From assembly GCA_963674755.2 (NCBI GenBank), contig CAXXVS010000003.1, forward strand, positions 1,376,001 to 1,440,000: a stretch of DNA of 64,000 nt, in the 5' to 3' direction. Positions 40,066-50,165 of the stretch are shown in pieces. Under the pieces are notes generated by a model. The model was not told the origin of the DNA and did not search any database. It saw only the letters and a program-made list of their open reading frames with translations. Numbering within the stretch: position 1 is the first letter of the stretch; each line of letters starts with the position of its first letter. A program made the translations under genes and the position numbers. Source of the DNA: Desulfobacterales bacterium. GTDB taxonomy: Bacteria > Desulfobacterota > Desulfobacteria > Desulfobacterales > UBA5852.

Positions 40066-41873
40066 TGCGTCTAATTGATGATCCCGATTTTTATCATAAA
40101 CGAGTCCGCCCTATATCTTATTGGGATACTTTTGGCAATTGGTTTTCAAAAGCTTTAGGTGATATTTACAATGATCAAACAATGCTTCAAAACTGTTATG
40201 CTACATGTAGGTCACACCCTTACGATGAAACCGAATTTGCATCCGTAATAAAGGACTACGTTTTAGATTTTGATAGTATAACAAAACCTAGTTCTCCTTT
40301 TATCGTTTATGGACCACCTGGGATAGGGAAAACAACGTATATCTCACATTTGCTTAATATAAAAATACCTAAAGATTATAATTTAAAAATATTTCCTCTT
40401 TTCTTTGATTTTAGAAGCAATGCAGACTTTTCAAAAATTTCAGATGAATTTTATAAGAAAATCAAAGAGGATTTCTTTCAAATTGATGAAATTAACATTT
40501 TTAAAGGTAAATCGATCAATGAAAAGGTTATCTTAAATATTAAAATATTTAAAGAATTACTTAACCAAGACGTTATCGATTTCGATATAAACAATATAGA
40601 TCAAATCATTAATGACTCTAAAAGATTAGATAGAATAGTTACCATAATTCAAGACAGGTATTTAAGTGATATTAGCTTAACATTGGCAAAAATGATTAAA
40701 TATATTAGAAAGTTAATTGATGTTAGAATTGTATTTATATTAGATAACTTTGATCATCTAGAGAACCACAACAAAATACATCAAATGGTTTATAGTTTGA
40801 GCAGAGAAATTATTTCTAAATTTGGTTGCCCTGTTTTCTTGCCGATGAGGAATTATACATTTAAAGATAGCTATAATTTATATGGTTTTGTAGAAGCTGA
40901 TAAACCCAGAAACAAATCTTTATCAGCACCAATACATAAATCTGTATTAAAGAAGAGGAAAGACTATATATTGTCTACTTTGGAGGAAAGAGTTGAACTG
41001 AATGAAATCACGAGCATAAGTTCCGAAAATCTTATAGAACCAATTACCCAAGTATTCAACGGTATTTATCAGAATAAAAAAATTATAGATTATATAGTTG
41101 GGGTCTCAGGTTCTAATATTAGGACATTTCTCGATATAATTGCATTAGCTTTGCAATCTGGACATTTAAGATACGCAAAAACAGACAATAATAATACAAT
41201 TTTAACTTATGAGTCTTTTATAAGAGCAAGTATATATTGCAATAATGTGATTTATCGTCCAAATGATAGAAGGTGTCCTATTATTAATTTGTTTGACAAT
41301 AGAGAAAGTATTGGAAGTAGAAATACGCTAGTCAGAATTAGAATATTGCAAAGATTGAAATATATTAGTTCTCATGAAAAGGCGGAACATTTATCAGAAA
41401 ATTTAAGAAACCTTGGATATCGTGAAGAAAATATTTTACAGGCACTTCCAGTATTGTTGAAGGCTGGCTTAATTGAAGAAGTCCCGTATTTAAAAAGCAG
41501 CATCAAGATAAGCCCAGACCGAAGGTTTAAAATTTCTTCAGTAGGATCATTCTATATTGAAAAACTATTATATGATTTTAACTATTTTGAAGCTATGGCT
41601 CCATCACTAAATTTACCACCAAGCTATAAACAAAATATGTTACATATATTGGATTATGAAAAAAAATCTAAAAGAGAGAGGGAAATAAGGCACAATTCAT
41701 TAGATAGAATTATATCACTTATTGCTCAATATGAAAGTGAAGAATATAAAATTATATCTGAGTCCAATTGTATACCTACAGAACAATATACAATCATAAA
41801 TCCATTTTTAAAAGATTGTCTTATGAGAACTTTTCCTGAAATTAGACCAAATGTTCAATATCACGGACTATGA
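40065..41873 (+). CDS. P-loop ATPase with probable C-terminal winged helix (STAND/ORC-Cdc6-like)
   Basis: Walker A GPPGIGKT, Walker B VFILDNFD, NIRTFL sensor-like segment, ..LLKAGLIEE..FKISSVG. Confidence 0.72.
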   Translation: MRLIDDPDFYHKRVRPISYWDTFGNWFSKALGDIYNDQTMLQNCYATCRSHPYDETEFASVIKDYVLDFDSITKPSSPFIVYGPPGIGKTTYISHLLNIKIPKDYNLKIFPLFFDFRSNADFSKISDEFYKKIKEDFFQIDEINIFKGKSINEKVILNIKIFKELLNQDVIDFDINNIDQIINDSKRLDRIVTIIQDRYLSDISLTLAKMIKYIRKLIDVRIVFILDNFDHLENHNKIHQMVYSLSREIISKFGCPVFLPMRNYTFKDSYNLYGFVEADKPRNKSLSAPIHKSVLKKRKDYILSTLEERVELNEITSISSENLIEPITQVFNGIYQNKKIIDYIVGVSGSNIRTFLDIIALALQSGHLRYAKTDNNNTILTYESFIRASIYCNNVIYRPNDRRCPIINLFDNRESIGSRNTLVRIRILQRLKYISSHEKAEHLSENLRNLGYREENILQALPVLLKAGLIEEVPYLKSSIKISPDRRFKISSVGSFYIEKLLYDFNYFEAMAPSLNLPPSYKQNMLHILDYEKKSKREREIRHNSLDRIISLIAQYESEEYKIISESNCIPTEQYTIINPFLKDCLMRTFPEIRPNVQYHGL

Positions 41874-42138
41874 GATAACTTATGGAACAAAAACGAAGGT
41901 CACGAAATCCGTTATTTTAGATTTCGAAGATTTAAATGCAATCTAATAGACAACCGGGTTCATAAATACGGTGGCATTCGATTTCCGATGCATCCCGGCT
42001 CGCTGCGTTGCTCGGAGCGTTAATAGAAAACAAAATTCAAATTTGAGAAAAAAGATATTGCAACGCCGAGTCATAGAATTGGGTATAAAATAGGAAATTT
42101 TTTTGGCGGGATGTTCAAAAATACATAAATAGAAGAGG

Positions 42139-42261
42139 TTATAACCTCACCATTCACTGGATTCGCAGGGGCGGGCCGCCTTGGCTTTAGCAAATTTTGG
42201 TGTTGAGCCCTCTTTTGCGAAGTCCGTAGACCCTGCTCACCTGTGACGGTGGGCGTTAGCG
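42139..42261 (+). other. attC site 3
   Basis: TTATAAC CTCACC..TCAC...GTGA CGGTGGG C GTTAGCG, 123 bp. Confidence 0.8.
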
Positions 42262-42268
42262 TGATACC

Positions 42269-42772
42269 ATGAAAAAAATTATAGTTATCGGAAATTCTGG
42301 TTCTGGAAAAACTTGGCTGGGGAAGAAATTGGCAACTATTTTAAGAATACCCCATATCGAATTAGATGGAATTTTCTGGGAGCCTGGTGGCTACAACAAG
42401 AAAAGGATGGGCGAGGAGGTTGAAGCAGACATAAAGAGAATTCAAGAGTCCAAGTGTTGGGTTGTAGAAGGAGTATTCGGACATCTTGTTGATAATTTTC
42501 TTTCTTTTGCCGATATTCTCATTCATCTCGATCTACCATGGGAGGAATGTGAAAAGAATCTTTTAATTCGAGGCTCAGAAAGCTCCAAGCAACTGGATCA
42601 TAAAAAAGCTGAGGAAAATTTTCAAGCACTTCTTGAATGGGCTTCAGAATACGACACACGGAATAGCAAAGCATCGAAAAACTATCACAGTTCGCTTTTT
42701 AACTGTTTTTCAGGAAAAAAACATCGGGTTTGCAATCGCGATGAAATTAATCAGTTGTTGAATAAGTGCTAA
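42269..42772 (+). CDS. Cassette: adenylate kinase-like/FlaR-like P-loop protein
   Basis: IGNSGSGKT, HIELD.IFW.PG, WVVEG. Confidence 0.85.
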   Translation: MKKIIVIGNSGSGKTWLGKKLATILRIPHIELDGIFWEPGGYNKKRMGEEVEADIKRIQESKCWVVEGVFGHLVDNFLSFADILIHLDLPWEECEKNLLIRGSESSKQLDHKKAEENFQALLEWASEYDTRNSKASKNYHSSLFNCFSGKKHRVCNRDEINQLLNKC

Positions 42773-42904
42773 CCACAAAATGCAGTCGATCCAAAAAGCC
42801 GAGCGCCTTTTTTCGCATTTTTATATGCCTTCATGAGTTCACATGGTTCACTATTTATCATCGTTTCATTCGGCTTTTTGGTTGTCTGATTTTGACCGTT
42901 ATAC
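42767..42904 (+). other. attC site 4
   Basis: TGCTAAC (overlaps stop)...GTTATAC; arms CCAAAAAGCCGA/TCGGCTTTTTGG. Confidence 0.85.
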
Positions 42905-42912
42905 CGAGGTAC

Positions 42913-43416
42913 ATGATGTGGATTTGGATCGTTCCTATTGTCCCGCTTCTGGTTTTATTAAAGTGGTGGCTTCGCAGGCCTATTCTACACCGAGCCGCCT
43001 CAGATGAGTTCGAGCGTTATATTGATGGCCTAAATATGCAGGGGGCCTCCACAAGCAAACTATTGATTGAGGATCCTACATGTAGCTATGGCCTTTGGAT
43101 TCTTATACATCGGATAAGAAATAGAAATCCAAGCTTATTTTTCGAAATACCAACGTTTCATTGGCCTCAAGAAACAACGGAATCTCTTAAAATAATGTGC
43201 GAAAAGTGGAACCTCGAATTTACTTCTAAACTGCAAAAGTCATCCAACTCTGAAAAATATTTCTCAGTCCGAATACCAAATGGCAGCCCAGTTCGCGCAG
43301 CGGAGTTAGCGAGAGTCGCTTTTCGTTCTGTTGGTGGATCAAATGATTCAATATATAGACTACGGTATGAAGGGAACCTTGATTTAGAAGCTATTAAAAA
43401 AGCTTATAAAAATTAG
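42913..43416 (+). CDS. Cassette: hypothetical protein with N-terminal TM helix
   Basis: GAGG RBS right after attC4; its own attC is missing and a palindrome sits in its place. Confidence 0.75.
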   Translation: MMWIWIVPIVPLLVLLKWWLRRPILHRAASDEFERYIDGLNMQGASTSKLLIEDPTCSYGLWILIHRIRNRNPSLFFEIPTFHWPQETTESLKIMCEKWNLEFTSKLQKSSNSEKYFSVRIPNGSPVRAAELARVAFRSVGGSNDSIYRLRYEGNLDLEAIKKAYKN

Positions 43417-43426
43417 GTGTCTGAAT

Positions 43427-43488
43427 GGGGTCAAGTCTGCCCATGACCCAATTAAATTTCAAGATGAGTCATGAGCAGACTTGACCCC
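43427..43488. repeat. 62-bp palindromic element, copy 1
   Basis: GGGGTCAAGTCTGCCCATGAC-20 nt-GTCATGAGCAGACTTGACCCC (1 mismatch versus copies 2 and 3). Confidence 0.95.
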
Positions 43489-43574
43489 AAGGACTGCACC
43501 TGATGCTAAATCGTCATATTTGCAGATAAAAGATATAAAATTAATGTCTTGTGACAGCAAAGCGGAATTGGTGA

Positions 43575-43643
43575 ATTGCGGCATATAGAACATTTTGTGT
43601 TCTATATGCCGCAATCGAAATGTTCTATAATACTATGTTCGCT
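43575..43643 (+). other. Perfect 18-bp-arm hairpin plus non-attC crossover core (second attI-like site)
   Basis: ATTGCGGCATATAGAACA-TTTTG-TGTTCTATATGCCGCAAT, then TAATACTAT-GTTCGCT (core complementary to R'' AGCGAAC of attC5). Confidence 0.5.
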
Positions 43644-43663
43644 TCAAGCAGAAAAGATATGCT

Positions 43664-44278
43664 ATGTCTGTCAAAATAGGAATCACCATTTTAATTGTTT
43701 GCACCGCAATTGGTGTTTGTTGGTTCACATATAAGAAATTTATTGCAAAAAAGGCAGGAATGATCGGAGTTGAAATCTATACTGTATGGGCTGCACAGGG
43801 CCCATTTGAAAATAGCGAAGATTCAGCAAAGGCCATGCGCCGTGCAATTATAGTTGTCCGAGGAAAGGATGCTCTGGAGGACAATAAATTCAATGAGGCT
43901 ATAATACGCCATGCAGATGCGTACAATTCTGATACACAGCGATGGGAAAGGTTACGTGTGAAATCCCTTTCTGTGAATAAGTCAAAGGATTTCGGTAAAT
44001 ATGTGGAAATGGTAAAGCAGATGGCTTCTAATGATATAGCATTATCTAATTTTGGTGAAAGATTAGCGAAAGATACATCGGCGGAGGGAAAAGAGTTACT
44101 TCGGTTTATAAAAGCATCTTATGAAAGCAGATTTAATAAAAAAATTGAAACAGTTGAGGAAGTCGGGGTAATTTACGCTCAAATATATTCTGAAAGTTTC
44201 GGGCATTCCGATGAGGAATTCTACAAACTGTTTCTTGATCTCAACTCAAAATGGAAAGAGAGCGAACAACGGCATTGA
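43664..44278 (+). CDS. Cassette: hypothetical protein with N-terminal TM helix
   Basis: Lies between the GTTCGCT core and attC5. Confidence 0.8.
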   Translation: MSVKIGITILIVCTAIGVCWFTYKKFIAKKAGMIGVEIYTVWAAQGPFENSEDSAKAMRRAIIVVRGKDALEDNKFNEAIIRHADAYNSDTQRWERLRVKSLSVNKSKDFGKYVEMVKQMASNDIALSNFGERLAKDTSAEGKELLRFIKASYESRFNKKIETVEEVGVIYAQIYSESFGHSDEEFYKLFLDLNSKWKESEQRH

Positions 44279-44323
44279 AAGGACGCGCAAAAAGCCGCGC
44301 GTCTCTCATGCCGGGCGTTCAAC
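44261..44323 (+). other. attC site 5
   Basis: AGCGAAC AA CGGCAT..GACGCGC..GCGCGTC..ATGCCG GGC GTTCAAC, 63 bp. Confidence 0.9.
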
Positions 44324-44917
44324 ATGATTAATTTGCATAAAACTGAAACAGACGATGCTAATTTCTTAAACCTTGTTTTAATGTTGGTAGAGTATCTATA
44401 TCAAAAATATGCTCCCAAAAATATTCATGCCATTCATATCGATAATTGGTTTGGTGATAAATGGCTTGGTTTCAGAGGAAAAATTTTAGGTGCTGCTGGT
44501 GTTAGAGATAAAGATTTTGATTCAAAATTAGTATTACCGCCATTTAATCCATCACGCGTATTAGACACAACAACCTATGATATTAAAAACAATATTGTGT
44601 CTGATATTCATAAAAGAGATCTTCATGTTTACCAGATAAGCGAAAATAATATCGACAATTATGCATATGGTTTTGGGCTATTTGTATGGTACAGCGCTAA
44701 AACAAAAATTAACTCTCAAGGCTCAATTATGATTCACTATAAGGAGAACCCCCTTAGAAAAATTTCAAATAGCGAAGATGGTTATATGCGCGTAAGGCCG
44801 AAATACGCTGCATTTTACATTATGCTTGAGAGAAAGACTAAGTGGGAATTATCTAAAATTATAGGTTCCGATCATGAAGATATTAAAGAGTTGCTCACAA
44901 ATTCGAATGGAAAATAA
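44324..44917 (+). CDS. Cassette: hypothetical protein
   Basis: ATG immediately after the attC5 core; IHIDNWFGDKWLGF. Confidence 0.8.
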   Translation: MINLHKTETDDANFLNLVLMLVEYLYQKYAPKNIHAIHIDNWFGDKWLGFRGKILGAAGVRDKDFDSKLVLPPFNPSRVLDTTTYDIKNNIVSDIHKRDLHVYQISENNIDNYAYGFGLFVWYSAKTKINSQGSIMIHYKENPLRKISNSEDGYMRVRPKYAAFYIMLERKTKWELSKIIGSDHEDIKELLTNSNGK

Positions 44918-44918
44918 A

Positions 44919-44980
44919 ATATAACCTTCTGCTGGTTGGGATGCGCGAAAACCGCGCGCCCCACATCAAAGACGTTAGAT
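44919..44980 (+). other. attC site 6
   Basis: ATATAAC...TGGGATGCGCG AAAAC CGCGCGCCCCA...GTTAGAT, 62 bp. Confidence 0.85.
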
Positions 44981-44991
44981 AAATTTCTATA

Positions 44992-45543
44992 ATGGAACCA
45001 ATGGAAAAAGAGTTTAAATATCATAAATCATATATTTTGTTATTTTTGATAAGTGTACCGTTTCTTTATTTGATCGTTAATGGGTTCGTATACGAATTAC
45101 GATCTACAGGAAACTGGATGTACACAATTTTAACAATTTCCCTTTTATTATTTTTATCTATTTTATTAATTCGGCGGTGGTACCATTACCAAACAGTTGT
45201 CAAAACGACACCGGAAAAAATAATCATTCGTAAACCATTTAAATCTCAACAATTGAGATGGAACGATGTTTTTGAAGTTGGTAAATTCAAGAAATTAGGA
45301 TTCAAACGATATTATTGGTGTTTTTATATAAAAGGTCGAGAAATTGACGCTAAGAAAATTATTTTTGCCACTGAAGATATAAGGGAAATAAAATCACTAA
45401 TTGCACTCATCTTTCATAAAGCCCAAAATGCCAAATTTGTAGCTATTCAAAATGTACCACTTTTTATATTTTTGAACAAAAAAATAAAAACCAGTTGGGA
45501 TAAAAACGAAGATTTAGAACAATATGGACATGTTTTATATTAA
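44992..45543 (+). CDS. Cassette: membrane protein, 2 TM helices plus PH-like domain
   Basis: Two hydrophobic helices, then IIIRKPFKSQQLRWNDV. Confidence 0.75.
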   Translation: MEPMEKEFKYHKSYILLFLISVPFLYLIVNGFVYELRSTGNWMYTILTISLLLFLSILLIRRWYHYQTVVKTTPEKIIIRKPFKSQQLRWNDVFEVGKFKKLGFKRYYWCFYIKGREIDAKKIIFATEDIREIKSLIALIFHKAQNAKFVAIQNVPLFIFLNKKIKTSWDKNEDLEQYGHVLY

Positions 45544-45593
45544 CCTTATTAGTGGCATCCATTCAGTTACAGCAAATTCGGTAAAAATTTTTT

Positions 45594-45630
45594 TTCTAAC
45601 CTGAAGCTGGAGATATCGACACACAAATGG
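45594..45630 (+). other. Probable truncated attC (left half only)
   Basis: TTCTAAC (near-complement of this cassette's GTTAGAT core) followed by CTGAAGCTGG, then cut by palindrome copy 2. Confidence 0.45.
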
Positions 45631-45637
45631 GTCTAAT

Positions 45638-45699
45638 GGGGTCAAGTCTGCCCATGACCCAATTAAATTTCAAGATGAGTCATGGGCAGACTTGACCCC
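45638..45699. repeat. 62-bp palindromic element, copy 2
   Basis: Perfect 21-bp arms; identical to copy 3. Confidence 0.95.
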
Positions 45700-45704
45700 A
45701 AGGA

Positions 45705-46124
45705 TTGCACGACGTGGATCACTTCAAGCAATTCAATGACACCCATGGTCATGAAATGGGTGACCGGGTGCTCAAGGCCATCGGGGCGCTGCTGATGCGT
45801 GGCATCCGGGCGCAGGATGTGCCCTGTCGCTTCGGCGGCGAGGAGTTCGTCCTGATCCTGCCGGGGGCGTCCCTGGAAGATACATGCCGAAAGGCTGATG
45901 AATTGCGGGAGCAGGTGCGCGATACGGCATTGGACCGAACCCCGGGTCCGGGCCTGACCGTGACGATCAGCGCCGGTGTGGCCGCCTATCCCCAGAGCGG
46001 CGGCCAGGCCGATCATATTCTGGCGGCGGCCGATACGGCCCTTTACCAGGCGAAGGCCCAGGGCCGGGATCGGGTGGTGGTGGCCGGAACGTTCAATAAC
46101 ACGGGCACTGATCCGCAATCGTGA
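45705..46124 (+). pseudogene. 5'-truncated GGDEF diguanylate cyclase
   Basis: Begins at DVDHFKQFND; RAQD I-site; GGEEF; first part of the domain and the sensor are absent. Confidence 0.85.
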
Positions 46125-46475
46125 GAAGGTCTTCTCTCATCTGTAGAGCCCCGGCAGAACAGATATCCGTTCATGGATCGGAAGCATTTCTGATAGCCGC
46201 CCTAAATGATGGGAAGGGGGCATTTGACAGCGTCGATTCCGGGCTCACCTTATAGAACCGATCAGGAGGGCTTCAATCAGCAGGTGGTTTATATCCACTA
46301 TAATCCGAATAGAAGCATCTCAACATCCTGATTTTGGGATGGCGTCGAAACACGGCAATGGGCAGCGCGTTTCAGACGGGCCGCAGCTGCCTTTTCCATC
46401 GATCTGTCGGGTTGGCAGGGATTGGCGACATAAGGCATTCCGGGGAATTGGCGACTCGGGGTGGGGAAGATTCGA

Positions 46476-48446
46476 ATGATGCGCTTCCTTCGTCAGCACA
46501 TTCTATGGACTGCTTCCAGGCCCTTCAACCCGCTCACGTTAGCTTTCACCCACCAGTGGGCAGGTCTGGAAGCGGAATTTCGGGACTACAATTTTAAGGA
46601 ATCCCTGGTCCGCGTCCGCATTGCCATTTCGGTGGCCCTTTTTTTTTACGGCATTTTCGGCATCCTGGATTATGTCATGGTGCCGGATAAAAAGGCGATT
46701 TTCTGGACCATCCGCTACCTTGTCGTTATCCCGCTGGCGCTGGGCGTGCTGGCCTTCTCATTCCGCCCGCAATTCAAATCGTATGCCCAGCCCCTTTTAT
46801 TTATCATGTGCCTGACCGGCGGCCTGGGCATCGTGCTGATGGTCATCCTGGCGGGCCCGCCCGCTACCTATTCCTATTATGCCGGCATTATCCTTATTTT
46901 CATCACCATCCACACCTTTTTGAACATGCGGCTCCTTTGGGCAAGCGCCTGCTCCTGGACTATAGTGGCCGTCTATGAAATAGCGGCCCTCGGGGTCATG
47001 GACACCCCTTTCATCATCCTGGTCAACAACAACTTTTTTTTCATCTCCGCCGTGGCCATCTGCATGCTGGCCGGGTATACCATGGAGCTCAACGCCCGCT
47101 ACCGGTTCCTGTCCGCCCATATGCTGGCGCTGGAAAAGGACAAGGTCGTCCAGGCCAATAAAACCCTGGATCAGCGGGTCCGGGAGAGGACCCGCGCCCT
47201 GTCCGAAGCCAACCGCCGCCTCAAGGAGGAAATGGCTGAACGGATGAAAACCCAGGCCCGCCAGCTCAAACTTGAAAAGGAGCTGAGCAGGCAACGGAAA
47301 ATGGAAGCCATCGGCACGCTTGCCGGCGGGATCGCCCATGACTTCAATAACATTCTTTCCGCCATCATCGGGTATACGGAACTGGCCATGGAGGATGACG
47401 ATCCTAAAGAACGCCGCGGTGACCAGGACGAAGTCCTGAAAGCGGCACGGAGGGCCAAGGCGCTCATCGCCCAGATTCGGACCTTCAGCCGCCAGAGCGA
47501 ACAGGAGGCCGGTCCCATTAAGCTCGGACCGGTAGTGGAAGAGGCCTTGAAGCTGCTCAAAGTCTCCATTCCATCCAGTGTGATGATCCTCAGCCGCCTG
47601 GCGTCAAAGCGCCGGGTCATCGCCGATTCCACCCAGATCCACCGCATCATGGTCAACCTGTGCACCAATGCGGTCCAAGCCATGGACCATCAGCGCGGTA
47701 CCTTGGAAATCGTACTGGAAGATATTGAATTGGATGCCCTGTTCGAAACGAACAAGGAAGGGCTTGATCCCGGTCCCTATGTCAAACTGAGCATCAGCGA
47801 CACCGGCCGGGGCATGACCGAGGAAGTCCGGGAAAAGATCTTCGATCCCTTTTTTACCACCAAAGCCGTAGACGAGGGAACCGGCATGGGACTTTCCGTG
47901 GTTCACGGCATTGTGAAGCAGTACCGGGGATCCATCAGGGTATACAGCGAGCCGGAAAAAGGCACCACCTTTAACATTCTTTTCCCCGCCACCCCAATTG
48001 AAGAAGGAAAAGCCCCCCAGCCGGCCAGCCCGATTACCGGGGGGAATGAGTCCATCGTGGTGCTGGATGATGAACCCACCCTGGCCCGCATGTTGGACGT
48101 ATCCCTGTCGGCGCTGGGGTACCGGGTAGCCGCCTTCTCCGATGCCGACCAGGCTTTGGCATACGTTAAATCGAACGGCCGAAGCATCGACCTTGTGCTA
48201 ACGGACTATTCCATGCCCAAAATGAACGGCATTGAATTCGCGGAACAGATCCTCTCCCTGACCCGTGGCTGCCCGGTGATTCTATGCACCGGCTACAGTG
48301 AAAATGTCACCCGGGAGAAAATGAACCCTGCCAATATCCGGGGATTTTTAATGAAACCCTTGATACGGCACAGTTTGGCAACCACTGTCCGGCGGGTCTT
48401 GGATCAGGATGAAACAGGGGGGCATGATATCGTGTCCGACCAATGA
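46476..48446 (+). CDS. Membrane-bound hybrid sensor kinase/response regulator
   Basis: About 6 TM helices, [22 protein letters not shown]-terminal receiver. Confidence 0.93.
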   Translation: MMRFLRQHILWTASRPFNPLTLAFTHQWAGLEAEFRDYNFKESLVRVRIAISVALFFYGIFGILDYVMVPDKKAIFWTIRYLVVIPLALGVLAFSFRPQFKSYAQPLLFIMCLTGGLGIVLMVILAGPPATYSYYAGIILIFITIHTFLNMRLLWASACSWTIVAVYEIAALGVMDTPFIILVNNNFFFISAVAICMLAGYTMELNARYRFLSAHMLALEKDKVVQANKTLDQRVRERTRALSEANRRLKEEMAERMKTQARQLKLEKELSRQRKMEAIGTLAGGIAHDFNNILSAIIGYTELAMEDDDPKERRGDQDEVLKAARRAKALIAQIRTFSRQSEQEAGPIKLGPVVEEALKLLKVSIPSSVMILSRLASKRRVIADSTQIHRIMVNLCTNAVQAMDHQRGTLEIVLEDIELDALFETNKEGLDPGPYVKLSISDTGRGMTEEVREKIFDPFFTTKAVDEGTGMGLSVVHGIVKQYRGSIRVYSEPEKGTTFNILFPATPIEEGKAPQPASPITGGNESIVVLDDEPTLARMLDVSLSALGYRVAAFSDADQALAYVKSNGRSIDLVLTDYSMPKMNGIEFAEQILSLTRGCPVILCTGYSENVTREKMNPANIRGFLMKPLIRHSLATTVRRVLDQDETGGHDIVSDQ

Positions 48447-48531
48447 GGGTAGGCATTTCAAAAAAGTTTTTCGCCCGATTGAAAGGCTTTCAATCACAAC
48501 GATTGCAATATATGCGGCCAAAGAGGACAGA

Positions 48532-49398
48532 ATGAAATTAGAATCCATTAGCATCAAACGTTCAAGCATGCTTACGGAAAAGTGGGTACAAAATCAGATC
48601 GCGGAGGATCCTTCAATCCTTGGGCTTGGCGATCTCGTACTCAAGGACAAAGAGCGCATTCAACAAAATGCAGGCCGTCTTGATCTTCTCTTGCAGGATC
48701 CAGAAACCTTAAAACGCTATGAAGTTGAAATTCAGCTGGGCGCAACTGACGAAAGCCATATTATCCGGACCATAGAATACTGGGATATAGAGCGTAAACG
48801 ATATCCTCAGTATGAGCACGCAGCTGTTATAATTGCAGAGGATATAACATCACGTTTTTTAAACGTGATACAATTGTTTAATGGCACTATTCCACTAATT
48901 GCTATGAAAATGACCGCTTATAAGATCGGCGACGAGTATGCGTTGACGTTCGTAAAGGTTCTCGATGAAATGATTCTTGGACTGGTGGATGACGATGAGC
49001 CGGTGGCTGAACCAACGGACCGAGCATTTTGGGAGACGAAACGCGGAACAAAGAAAACTTTGCAGGTGACGGATTCGTTGTTGACGCTCGTAAAAGAGAT
49101 CGAACCACGGGCAGCATTGAAATACAATAAGCATTATATCGGTATAGAAGTGGAAGGCACAGCTCGAAACTTTGTAAGCTTTATGCCGCGCAAGGCCCAT
49201 GTAATTATGACTATTAAGCTTCCAAAGACAGGCGAAACAGATGAAGTTTTGGAAGAATCAGGTTTAGAGACACTCAGCTACGAAACTCAGTGGCGGCAAT
49301 ACAGACTCAGAATAGATTCCGCAATAGATGAAAAACAAAAAGAGACAATACTCGGACTCGTTAAGCAGGCAATTGATACTTTCGGCAAGAGCGCATAA
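48532..49398 (+). CDS. PD-(D/E)xK nuclease-like (NucS/DUF5655-type) protein
   Basis: EKWVQNQIAEDPSILGLG, GRLDLL, YEVEIQLG; lower GC than neighbours. Confidence 0.65.
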   Translation: MKLESISIKRSSMLTEKWVQNQIAEDPSILGLGDLVLKDKERIQQNAGRLDLLLQDPETLKRYEVEIQLGATDESHIIRTIEYWDIERKRYPQYEHAAVIIAEDITSRFLNVIQLFNGTIPLIAMKMTAYKIGDEYALTFVKVLDEMILGLVDDDEPVAEPTDRAFWETKRGTKKTLQVTDSLLTLVKEIEPRAALKYNKHYIGIEVEGTARNFVSFMPRKAHVIMTIKLPKTGETDEVLEESGLETLSYETQWRQYRLRIDSAIDEKQKETILGLVKQAIDTFGKSA

Positions 49399-49558
49399 AC
49401 CCAATGAGATGATAACGGGATGATGGCGATATGATCTTCACAATTCTATAATAAGCTAAATGCCAAAGGCAATCCGTCGCTTCTGGATTAATCGCTAACC
49501 CCCCAGACAAAGAGTTCGTGATGAAAATCAATATAAGAAATGGACAGGAGGAGGCGTG

Positions 49559-49831
49559 ATGAACGGACCGCAAGGGCCATTTTGTCAGAGCTGCGCCATG
49601 CCGATGGCGAAACCGGAAATCTTCGGGACCGAGGCGGACGGGTCGCAATCCGAAGCATACTGTACGTATTGTTTCCAGAACGGTTGTTTCACAGCTCCTG
49701 ATATCTCCATGCAGGAGATGATCGACAAGTGTGTGACGATCATGAAGCAACGAAACATTATGCCGGAAGATCAGGCGCGGGAGCTGATGACAAAAACCAT
49801 TCCATCGCTCCAACGGTGGAAAACCGTTTAA
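49559..49831 (+). CDS. Zinc-ribbon (Zn_ribbon_2-type) protein
   Basis: FCQSCAMPM, GTEADGS, YCTYCF, IPSLQRW. Confidence 0.85.
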   Translation: MNGPQGPFCQSCAMPMAKPEIFGTEADGSQSEAYCTYCFQNGCFTAPDISMQEMIDKCVTIMKQRNIMPEDQARELMTKTIPSLQRWKTV

Positions 49832-49942
49832 TCAAACGACGCCATGTTGCATGGGGAAGCTAATTTTTATTCTGCTGCGTGCCATTTGTGTTTTTCAACC
49901 TAATCGCCATGTCTACAACATATTGAGGGATAAATCGGGCAC

Positions 49943-50093
49943 GAGGATTTCCTGGAAATCATTCGTCAATTTCATGCATCGCGTAAAATCATCGCATCGA
50001 TTTGCGTCGGCGCCTTACCGCTCGGGAAAAGCGGCATTTTGCAAAACAGAAAGGCCACGACATACCACCTCTCGGACGGGAAAAAAACGCCAA
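49943..50093 (+). pseudogene. DJ-1/PfpI family fragment
   Basis: Manual translation EDFLEIIRQFHASRKIIASICVGALPLGKSGILQNRKATTYHL; no start codon and no complete domain. Confidence 0.7.
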
Positions 50094-50165
50094 TGGGTTT
50101 TTTGTAAGAGCCGGGCGAAGAACGCATTGCGAAGTGCAATGGACGTCACCCGGCATCTCCTCTGA

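Larger units (their letters stand above)
34142..45612 (+). mobile_element. Integron gene-cassette array (about 8 cassettes)
   Basis: Co-oriented AT-rich ORFs separated by NNNNAAC...GTTNNNN palindromic sites downstream of intI. Confidence 0.9.

Noticed and set aside
41948..42025. Possible extra attC (GACAAC...GTTAATA)
   Set aside because: Arms pair poorly and no ORF follows; at most a degenerate relic.
42766..42912. N-terminal extension of ORF 42766-43416
   Set aside because: It reads through attC4; an SD-supported start lies at 42913.
34679..44980. Repeated palindromes read as a CRISPR array
   Set aside because: The repeats differ in sequence and are separated by whole genes, with no cas genes; they fit attC sites.
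46330..46460. c-di-GMP riboswitch near the GGDEF fragment and hybrid kinase
   Set aside because: The conserved GEMM tetraloop/receptor pattern is not present.
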